From NCBI GenBank assembly GCA_948466335.1, contig CAOKAE010000002.1, forward strand, positions 92,029-156,028: a DNA stretch of 64,000 nt, read 5' to 3'. Shown here piece after piece: positions 27,143-34,527 of this stretch (position 1 is its first letter; every line of letters begins with the position of its first letter). The notes under the pieces are model-generated. The model saw only the letters and a list, made by a program, of their open reading frames with translations. It was not told the DNA's origin and ran no database searches. This stretch comes from an uncultured Coriobacteriia bacterium (GTDB taxonomy: Bacteria > Actinomycetota > Coriobacteriia > Coriobacteriales > QAMH01). The position numbers and the translations under genes are program-made.

Positions 27143-27907
27143 CTAGCGGTTCTTCTCGTAGACGAGCCGCAACCCATGGAGGGTCAGGCGCGGCTCGCGA
27201 CGCGTGATGGTCTGGGACAGCTCGGTAATCACGCCGGAAAAGCCACCCGTCGCAATCACGGGCGCCTCGTAGCCGAGCTCATCGAAGATGTCGCGTACGA
27301 GGCCATCGATGCGCGCGACCTCGCCGAGGACGATACCTGCGCGCATGGCATCGACGGTGTTGGTACCGATGGCATGAGCGGGTTCTACGATATCGACCTG
27401 GGGCAGACGGGCGGCGTGGGTGAACATGGCCTCCGCACCCGTACCCATACCAGGCGCGATGATGCCGCCCATGAAGCGGCCCTTCTCGTCGATGACCTCG
27501 ATGTTGGTGGTGGTGCCCAGATCCACGACCACGACGGGTGCGCCCTCGAGCTGGATGGCGGCGATGGCGTCGGCAACGCGGTCGGCACCTATCTCGGCCG
27601 GATTGTCATAGCGCATCGCGAGCCCCGTCTTGATGCCGGGACCCACGATAATGGGTTCGCGCCCCGTAAGACGCCGCGCGACGCTGGCCCAGCACTCGGT
27701 GAGCGCCGGCACGACCGAGGCGATGACGACGTCATGGCACGCCGAAGCGTCTATGTCGTTGAGGTCGAACTGCCCGATGAGCGAGAGCTGGACCTCGTCG
27801 GCGGTATCCTGCACGCGCGTGGTGAAGACCCAGTGGGCCACGAGATCGTCATCCTCGAAGAGGCCCATGGCAGTTTGCGTGTTTCCGATGTCCACGGTCA
27901 GAAGCAT
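27143..27907 (-). CDS. coaX: Type III pantothenate kinase
   Basis: Starts at ATG 27907 (MLLTVDIGNTQTAMGLF). Also has VVVDLGTTTN and ATGGFSG. Confidence 0.9.
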   Translation of the reverse strand: MLLTVDIGNTQTAMGLFEDDDLVAHWVFTTRVQDTADEVQLSLIGQFDLNDIDASACHDVVIASVVPALTECWASVARRLTGREPIIVGPGIKTGLAMRYDNPAEIGADRVADAIAAIQLEGAPVVVVDLGTTTNIEVIDEKGRFMGGIIAPGMGTGAEAMFTHAARLPQVDIVEPAHAIGTNTVDAMRAGIVLGEVARIDGLVRDIFDELGYEAPVIATGGFSGVITELSQTITRREPRLTLHGLRLVYEKNR

Positions 27908-28013
27908 GCATTCTCTCTTTCTCAAAACAATTTCATTACGGCGTAGCGCGAACTCTTCTGCAGCGCATACAATAGAAGCAATCGTAACAGGTAATGGTCG
28001 AGTGGAGCTTGCC

Positions 28014-28739
28014 ATGGAAGAAAAAAGCGAACAGAGAATCCTCGTCGTCGACGACGAGCAGGCAATAACCGACTTCGTCAGCTTCAACCTCTCGAAGGAG
28101 GGCTATAAGGTCGATGTCGCGCACAATGGCAACGAGGCCGTCGAGATGGCCAATGCCAACGACTACGATCTCGTGATCCTCGACGTCATGCTTCCCGGTA
28201 TCGACGGCTACGAGGTATGCCGCCGCATTCGCGCCAAGAGCAACGTGCCCGTGCTGTTTCTCTCCGCCCGCGACACGGAGCTCGACAAGGTCGTCGGGCT
28301 CGAGCTGGGCGGTGACGACTATCTGGCCAAGCCCTTCGGCATTCGCGAACTGCTCGCCCGCGTGCACGCGTTGCTGCGCCGTGCGCCGCAGGAGGCAGAC
28401 ACGGGAGCCGATGGCGTGCGTGTCCTCGACATCAGTGGCATCCATCTGGACGAGGCGGGCCATCACGCCACCTTCGAGGGCAAGGACATCGAGCTCACGC
28501 CGCGCGAGTTCGAGCTCCTCGTCACGCTCATGAGCCATGCCGGCACCGTACTTGGCCGCGAGCAGCTGCTCCGCGAGGCATGGGATTGGCAGTACGTCGT
28601 CGAGACCAAGACCGTCGACACGCACATCAAGCGCCTGCGCGACAAGCTCGCCAGCGTTGGCCTCGATCCCAACGTCATCGAGACCGTGCGTGGCTACGGC
28701 TATCGTTTCGTCAAGGACTTCGACAACAAGAAGGGCTAG
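28014..28739 (+). CDS. OmpR/PhoB-family response regulator
   Basis: Starts at ATG 28014 (MEEKSEQRILVVDDE). Receiver domain with D..DLVILDVMLPG, and a winged-helix C-terminus (TVDTHIKRLRDKL...VRGYGYRF). Confidence 0.92.
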   Translation: MEEKSEQRILVVDDEQAITDFVSFNLSKEGYKVDVAHNGNEAVEMANANDYDLVILDVMLPGIDGYEVCRRIRAKSNVPVLFLSARDTELDKVVGLELGGDDYLAKPFGIRELLARVHALLRRAPQEADTGADGVRVLDISGIHLDEAGHHATFEGKDIELTPREFELLVTLMSHAGTVLGREQLLREAWDWQYVVETKTVDTHIKRLRDKLASVGLDPNVIETVRGYGYRFVKDFDNKKG

Positions 28740-28831
28740 GGCAGGCCGTCTCACCTCGATGGTCGCTCCCCGACGGGCCACTTCGTGGTCCTTACGGCTC
28801 GCTCCCTTAACCTCGGCTCGACGGCCTGCCC
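28739..28831. repeat. 93-bp hairpin element with 12-bp perfect arms, bracketed by GCTAGG direct repeats
   Basis: GGGCAGGCCGTC (28739-50) pairs with GACGGCCTGCCC (28820-31). GCTAGG occurs at 28735-40 (containing the response-regulator TAG stop) and again at 28835-40. Confidence 0.5.
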
Positions 28832-28892
28832 GACGCTAGGTAATGTGACAGGAGCGGTCAGACCGCGGGTGTCACATTTGCAGAGAAAGAGA

Positions 28893-28925
28893 GGGGGCCG
28901 GCTCAGATGAGCCGGCCCCCTTTTG
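28893..28925. terminator. Bidirectional rho-independent terminator (response regulator / htrA)
   Basis: GGGGGCCGGCTC-AGAT-GAGCCGGCCCCC followed by TTTTG on the plus strand. The minus strand has a T/C-rich tract after the stem. Confidence 0.85.
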
Positions 28926-28951
28926 CTGAGCGTTCGTAATGGAGGCTTTGC

Positions 28952-30280
28952 CTAGCGGCCAAAGGGGTTGAAACCGAATCCGCCCGAGTTGCCACCGTTG
29001 CCATTGCCGCCGCCATTGTTCTGGGCCGGGGCACCGTTTTCGGCGTACTCCTGGACGTTCTGCTCATCGCTGCCCAACGTGACCGCCGCCGTGTGTTCGC
29101 TACCACCGCGCATGTAGGTGATCTCGATCGTGTCGCCGACGTTCTGCGAGCTGACGGCAATGCTCACGTCGCTGGGAGAACTCATGGTCTTGCCATCGAT
29201 CTTGGTGATGACGTCACCCGTCTGCAGGCCGGCCTTGGCGGCGCCCGTGTCCTTGTAGACCGAGGTGATCGCCACGCCGGACGGATCGGACGAGGCAGTC
29301 ATCGTGATGCCGAGGAAGGCGTGGGTGACCGTCTTGCCGGCGATGATCTGCTCGGCGACGCGCTGCACCGTGCTCGACGGGATGGCGAAGCCCAGGCCCG
29401 CGCTCGACTGCGAGGTCGAGGAGATGTAGGTGTTGATGCCAATGAGCTCGCCCTTGTCGTTGACGAGCGCACCGCCCGAGTTGCCCGGGTTGATGGCCGC
29501 GTCCGTCTGGATCATGTCGGTGTAGACGGAGCTCGAACCCGTGGCATCCTGCACGACGTCGGAGCGGTACATGGCCGAGATGATACCCGTCGTGACCGTC
29601 TGCTCGTAGCCATAGGGAGAGCCGATAGCCATGACCCACTCGCCTACCGTGAGGTCGGCCGAATCGCCCCACTCCATGGGAGTGTAGCCCGTGGCCTTGA
29701 TGCTGACGACGGCGAGGTCGGTCTTCTCGTCCTGGCCGACGATCTGCGCCTCGTAGCTGTTTTCGCCGATGGTCACCGTCGCCCTCGAGGCGCCGTTGAC
29801 GACATGGCTGTTGGTGACGATATAGCAGGTGCCGCCATCGTTGGCGATGATGACGCCGCTACCGAGCGAGGACGGCGTGTTGGAGGAGCCGCCCGAACCG
29901 AAGAAGGGATTGGACGAGGTGTTGCCCGAGTAGACGTATATCGTCGCGACGGAGCCGAGGCACTTGGCCGCGACCGCCTCCGCGAGCGTGACGTCCTCGT
30001 CGGAAGGGTTGATGACGACGTTACCGTTGGTCGACGTCACCGTGGCGCCCTTGAACGCATCGAGCACCGGGGTGAAGTTGCCCAGGCACAGGACGAGGGC
30101 GACGGAGACGATACCGCCGAGCAGGCCGTAGAGGAAGGACTTGACGCCACCACCGGACTGCTTTGGCGCAGCCGGCTTCTGGGCTTTGGGAGCACTTTGG
30201 TTGGTGACAGGCGGCGTGACGGGAGGCGCGCTCTGCGCTCCCTCGGGGGGTACGGGCCTGTCGGAACTGGCTTGATTCAT
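28952..30280 (-). CDS. htrA: HtrA/DegP-family serine protease with PDZ domain
   Basis: N-terminal TM, a trypsin-like domain with GNSGGALV, and a C-terminal PDZ (GDVITKIDGKTM). Confidence 0.9.
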   Translation of the reverse strand: MNQASSDRPVPPEGAQSAPPVTPPVTNQSAPKAQKPAAPKQSGGGVKSFLYGLLGGIVSVALVLCLGNFTPVLDAFKGATVTSTNGNVVINPSDEDVTLAEAVAAKCLGSVATIYVYSGNTSSNPFFGSGGSSNTPSSLGSGVIIANDGGTCYIVTNSHVVNGASRATVTIGENSYEAQIVGQDEKTDLAVVSIKATGYTPMEWGDSADLTVGEWVMAIGSPYGYEQTVTTGIISAMYRSDVVQDATGSSSVYTDMIQTDAAINPGNSGGALVNDKGELIGINTYISSTSQSSAGLGFAIPSSTVQRVAEQIIAGKTVTHAFLGITMTASSDPSGVAITSVYKDTGAAKAGLQTGDVITKIDGKTMSSPSDVSIAVSSQNVGDTIEITYMRGGSEHTAAVTLGSDEQNVQEYAENGAPAQNNGGGNGNGGNSGGFGFNPFGR

Positions 30281-30384
30281 GTGAAAGCCCTCACTTTCGA
30301 GCAGACGAACTTGTGTGCTGTCATATTAGCCTTTACGGAGGAGAAGCGCTCGTAAAGGGCGCGTATTAACATAAAACCGTAATA

Positions 30385-30404
30385 AAGATTGAACGAAGAT
30401 TGAA
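30385..30404 (-). promoter_or_regulatory. Direct repeat TTCAATCTT-N2-TTCAATCTT (11-bp period) in the htrA upstream region
   Basis: The plus strand has AAGATTGAA at 30385-93 and 30396-404. A 6-N5-6 direct-repeat layout is typical of OmpR-family binding sites. Confidence 0.35.
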
Positions 30405-30449
30405 ACGCGATGTGTCAGGGGGTCAGGCACCGTGGCACATCGCGGCCAT

Positions 30450-31112
30450 TTAGGAGTCGAATTCCTCGCGCTCGGCAATCTTGCCCGTGAGGATGCGCTC
30501 CTGCGCATCGGCGAGCTCTTCGGGGGTGTTGACGTTGATGAAGCAGCCGCCACGGGGCTCTGCCTGGGCTACGCGCTGACCGTCAAACTCCGCGACCTCG
30601 ATCTTGTCGAACCAGCCGTTGGCCCTGGACTCGCCCGCCTCCGTGGCCTCGTGGATGAGGGGAAGGCAACTCGAGCGCCTGTATACGGCATGAAAGGGCT
30701 CGTAGCCATGGGTCGTCTTGGGGACGGCAGCATCGGCGCCCTCCTCGATGAGGGCTTCGAGTTCGGCGCTAATGAGGTTGCGGGAGGGGAAGATCATGTC
30801 GCATGCGACCAGCGCGACGTACTCGTTCGATGCGGCGTTCATGGCCGTGTACACGCCACGCAGCGCACCGCGCTGCTCGTACTCGTCGGTGACAAGGCGA
30901 ATCTTGCCGAGCTCGACCAAATCGTCGAGGAAGTCGAGGTTCTCGGGCTCGTTGGTCGTGATGATGAACTCGTCTGCCAACGGGAGCAGGCGATTGATGC
31001 CGCGCCAGATGAGCGGCTCGCCCAAAAAGGGCACGGTCGCCTTGCTGCGACCCATGCGCCGAGATTCGCCGCCTGCCTGCAGGACGATGGTCAGGTTACC
31101 GCTTTTGCTCAT
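30450..31112 (-). CDS. mobA: Molybdenum cofactor guanylyltransferase
   Basis: LTIVLQAGGESRRMG..K. Starts at ATG 31112, preceded by GGAGGG. Confidence 0.85.
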   Translation of the reverse strand: MSKSGNLTIVLQAGGESRRMGRSKATVPFLGEPLIWRGINRLLPLADEFIITTNEPENLDFLDDLVELGKIRLVTDEYEQRGALRGVYTAMNAASNEYVALVACDMIFPSRNLISAELEALIEEGADAAVPKTTHGYEPFHAVYRRSSCLPLIHEATEAGESRANGWFDKIEVAEFDGQRVAQAEPRGGCFINVNTPEELADAQERILTGKIAEREEFDS

Positions 31113-31174
31113 GAGCCCTCCGCTCACCTAGCCACTCTTTAGGCCACCTCGAGACGTGTTTGCATAATGTAACA

Positions 31175-32158
31175 CTAACGCCCACTCGAAAGAAGCCGTC
31201 GATAGGCCTCGAGACGTTCGGGCGCGATGGCGTCCCTCACTCCACAGCCCGGCTCGTCACCGTGCGTGCAATCGCGGAAGCGACAGCCGAGGGCCGCCTG
31301 GGCGATGTCCTCGAAGGCAAGCTTGAGACTCGCCTCCATGTCGAGAATCTGCAAGGTGCGCAGACCGGGAGCGTCAATGACGAGGCCGCCGCCCGGAAGC
31401 TCGATCATGCGCCGCGCGACCGTCGTATGCCGCCCCTTGTCGTCGGATGCTCGCACGTCACCGGTCGCCAGGGCCTGCTCGCCCAGGAGCGCGTTGACGA
31501 GCGACGACTTGCCGACGCCGCTTTCGCCCAGCAGCAATCCCGTCGTGAACGGCGAGAACACTCCGCGCAGCCTGTCGATGGACGCGCTGTCATCGACCGA
31601 GACGACGAAGAGGGGGACGTCAGGCGCGATGCGTCCGATGCGCTCGCACGTCGCTTCGATGACCGCGTCATCGACCATATCGCCCTTCGTGAGCACGAAG
31701 ACCGGCGCGGCCTTGCATCCCGCGACGGCGACCATCTGCCGCACGAGCAGCCCCTCGTCGATTCCGTCACCCGTGAGCGACTGGCAGATGAGCACGATGT
31801 CGACGTTGGCGGCCAGCACCTGCCGGCGCGGCTGACGTTCGCGCCCGATGCGCTTGACGCGCATGATTTCGTTGCGACGCGGCAAGACACACTCGATGAC
31901 GGCCTTCTCGTGATGGCGCGGCTGATGCAGCGCCACCCAGTCGCCCACGGCCACGATGCTGTCATCGCTCTTCTTGATGGATGTCGCAAGCTCGGCGCGC
32001 TCGGTGGCACGAGGCGTACACACGAGCGGATAGCCGCGGTCGAGCGATATGACGCAGCCCGGGTCGCAGGGCTTTCCCTGACGCTCCAACTTGGCGTTGG
32101 CCTTCTCGAACGCCTCACGGGTCGACGTGCGGTAGGCAAGGTGGTCGAAAGACGTCAA
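31175..32158 (-). CDS. rsgA: Ribosome small-subunit-dependent GTPase A
   Basis: G-motifs VFVLTKGD and LLGESGVGKSSLVNAL. Zn knuckle CRFRDCTHGDEPGC. The proposed TTG start at 32158 forms a TTGA overlap with the upstream stop; the start is uncertain. Confidence 0.85.
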   Translation of the reverse strand: MTSFDHLAYRTSTREAFEKANAKLERQGKPCDPGCVISLDRGYPLVCTPRATERAELATSIKKSDDSIVAVGDWVALHQPRHHEKAVIECVLPRRNEIMRVKRIGRERQPRRQVLAANVDIVLICQSLTGDGIDEGLLVRQMVAVAGCKAAPVFVLTKGDMVDDAVIEATCERIGRIAPDVPLFVVSVDDSASIDRLRGVFSPFTTGLLLGESGVGKSSLVNALLGEQALATGDVRASDDKGRHTTVARRMIELPGGGLVIDAPGLRTLQILDMEASLKLAFEDIAQAALGCRFRDCTHGDEPGCGVRDAIAPERLEAYRRLLSSGR

Positions 32159-32793
32159 GACTGTGCCCTTCTCTGGAGATAGCGCCTGGCCAGCAGGTAT
32201 AGCGTGAGCAGCAGCCCCGCCACAACGCAGAGCGCGAACGCGGCCTCGAGGCGTCCGGGGACGACCATGTGGGTCACGGGACCGCCGTTGTCGGTGACCT
32301 CGGCGGCAGACGCGTGCACGTCGAGCTCTCCCTCGTGTTCCGGGCAGGCGATGTGATAGGTGCCGGTTATCTTGAGCGACGTGCCCGTCTCGTGATAGTC
32401 GCCCACGTGCTGAATGAGCTTGGCGAGGTCGTCGGGCATGTACACGCTGATGACCGCATTCGAGGTGCCGCTGATGTTGGCCCACTTGTAGCCCTCGCCC
32501 GCGTTCACGATGTCTCCCACCGCCTCGCCCGTGAAGCTCACCTCGCTGCCGTTGAGCGCGCGGTTCGTGGACACCAGGACGCCCACGCGCGTCTCGATGA
32601 CGACGTTTTCCTCGTCGGTCAGGGAATTGCCGAGCTTGTCGAGGGATTCGAAGCGATCGGAAAGGGAGCCGATCTCGAGCTTGGCGCCATTGGCGTTCGA
32701 GACGTCCGATGGCGCGGCAAAGGCGGCCGACACCCCGCATGCAAGCGAGATGACCAGGGCGAAAAGGAAGCCGAATGTCACCCGTCTGCTCAT
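32155..32793 (-). CDS. Extracytoplasmic protein with signal peptide and C-terminal TM anchor; homologous to the C-terminal extension of the 731-aa TrkH paralog
   Basis: ATG 32793 forms an ATGA overlap with the trkH stop. Signal peptide FLFALVISLACGVSAAFA. Shares FTGEAVG, VYM and TG.YH.AC..H.GEL.VHA..(A/V)EV with residues ~560-690 of the 34528..36723 product. C-terminal TM FALCVVAGLLLTLYLL. Confidence 0.75.
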   Translation of the reverse strand: MSRRVTFGFLFALVISLACGVSAAFAAPSDVSNANGAKLEIGSLSDRFESLDKLGNSLTDEENVVIETRVGVLVSTNRALNGSEVSFTGEAVGDIVNAGEGYKWANISGTSNAVISVYMPDDLAKLIQHVGDYHETGTSLKITGTYHIACPEHEGELDVHASAAEVTDNGGPVTHMVVPGRLEAAFALCVVAGLLLTLYLLARRYLQRRAQS

Positions 32794-34322
32794 TTCTTCC
32801 TGCGCATCCACTTCGAACGATGACGCGGGACGAGGAAGGCGAGCATCTCGACGACCATCGCCAGGATCGCGATGAACTCGAGACGGCCGAGCCACATCCC
32901 GAAGATGTAGATGATCTCAAGGCCGTTGGGCATGCCGGGCGCGGCGACGCCCAGCGAAAGCCCCGTGTTGGACGCGGCCGAGACGGAATCGAATATGGCA
33001 GGCAGCGCCTCGTAGCCGTAGGCGATGCCGGCGATGGCCCCGACGGCGTACGTGACCATGTAGAGCAGGAAGATGATCATCGCCGAGGAGACGAGCTCCG
33101 GGGTGAGCCGGTGCCGGCCCTTCTGGAAGTAGAAGGTGCGCGGACGGGCGCGATCGGGCGCAAGCGCCTCGCGCACGGCCTGCACCACGGAGCGTGCGAT
33201 GATCCCGATGCGCAGGGCCTTGATGCCACCGGATGCCGAGGAGGAAGACCCGCATATGGTCATGGAGAGAATGATGACGAAGAGCGCGCCCGAACCCATG
33301 GCGAAGAGGATCTGCCCGCCTTGGAGCGTCGAGAAGCCGAGGTTGAAGGCGCCAGAGAGCACCTCGAACAACCCGCGTCGCACAACTGCACCGGTCGTGG
33401 TGAAGTACGAGCCCGCCAGGGCGAAGGCCATGAGCGCCGCGAGCGCAGTGACCCAGACGAAGATCGTCCGGATCTCGATGTCCTTGAAGAAGTTGCGGAA
33501 CACGCCCTTCCAGATGTCGCCGTAGAGCACGAAGTTAATGCAGCCAAAGGCAGCGAGGACGAGCGCGAACACCTCGAGAGGCCAGCTATGAAACGCGATG
33601 ATTCCCGACGTGGTGCTCGTCATGCCGCCCGTCGAGAACGAGGCCGCCGTCACGAGGAAACCGTTGATCGCCGCGCGCAGGGGCTCGATGCCGGCGACGA
33701 GGAGTGGAATAACGCAGACGACCGTGCCCACGACAACGATGACCGCGGCGAGCTTGAGGATGAACTGCGAGGTCTGCTTGATGCCGGGCATGACCTGGCC
33801 CATGCGCGCCTCGGCATGGTAGAGCGACGCCGCGGCCGACCCCGTGCCAAAGACGCCAAGCGCGAGCGCGATGACGACGACACCGACGCCGCCGATGAGA
33901 TGCATGACGCAGCGCCAGATGGAAAGCGAGAGCGCCATGTGGTCAACATCGACGCAAAGGGACATGCCCGTCGTGGTGAACGCCGACACCGACTCGAAGA
34001 ACGCGTCGAGATATCCGTCGTAATGACCGGACATCCAAAGCGGCAACGCACCGAAGACGGACAGAACCACCCAGCACAGACCGGTAATGACGAGAGACTG
34101 GCGCCAATCGAGCGTGGCGAATTCCACCTTCGAGAAGAGCAGGACGCTTCCCACGATGCCCGTGATGCCGATGGAGAGCATGAAGTCGACCGACGTGGAA
34201 TATTCGGCAAGGCAAAGCGACGTGATGAAGGGAGGGATCATGGCAACCGCGACGAGCAGGATGAGCACGCCGAGGTAGTGGCCGATGATACGCCAGTCCT
34301 CCAGATGCAGCCGAGTAATCAA
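32790..34322 (-). CDS. trkH: TrkH/KtrB-family cation (K+) transporter
   Basis: 510 aa, polytopic. Family segments SAFTTTG, SFSTGG and SGGIKALRIGI. Confidence 0.88.
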   Translation of the reverse strand: MITRLHLEDWRIIGHYLGVLILLVAVAMIPPFITSLCLAEYSTSVDFMLSIGITGIVGSVLLFSKVEFATLDWRQSLVITGLCWVVLSVFGALPLWMSGHYDGYLDAFFESVSAFTTTGMSLCVDVDHMALSLSIWRCVMHLIGGVGVVVIALALGVFGTGSAAASLYHAEARMGQVMPGIKQTSQFILKLAAVIVVVGTVVCVIPLLVAGIEPLRAAINGFLVTAASFSTGGMTSTTSGIIAFHSWPLEVFALVLAAFGCINFVLYGDIWKGVFRNFFKDIEIRTIFVWVTALAALMAFALAGSYFTTTGAVVRRGLFEVLSGAFNLGFSTLQGGQILFAMGSGALFVIILSMTICGSSSSASGGIKALRIGIIARSVVQAVREALAPDRARPRTFYFQKGRHRLTPELVSSAMIIFLLYMVTYAVGAIAGIAYGYEALPAIFDSVSAASNTGLSLGVAAPGMPNGLEIIYIFGMWLGRLEFIAILAMVVEMLAFLVPRHRSKWMRRKK

Positions 34323-34331
34323 GACGCCCGC

Positions 34332-34469
34332 CTACATCACGATGAAGTGCACGACGACCGTGACGAGCGCGAGGAAGGCGAGGAAGACGCAAATCGACGC
34401 GAGCACGACGAGCATGCCGACAACCGGGCTCCCCTTCTTCTGCGCGCGTCTCTGAAATACCGCTTTCAT
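34332..34469 (-). CDS. Small single-TM protein (45 aa)
   Basis: ATG 34469 with a strong SD, GAGGAGGAGAGG. Sequence MKAVFQRRAQKKGSPVVGMLVVLASICVFLAFLALVTVVVHFIVM. It lies between the two trkH paralogs. Confidence 0.55.
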   Translation of the reverse strand: MKAVFQRRAQKKGSPVVGMLVVLASICVFLAFLALVTVVVHFIVM

Positions 34470-34527
34470 GCCTCTCCTCCTCGTCGTGCCTATTATAGCC
34501 ATGAACGAATCGTCAAATCGACGCTCG

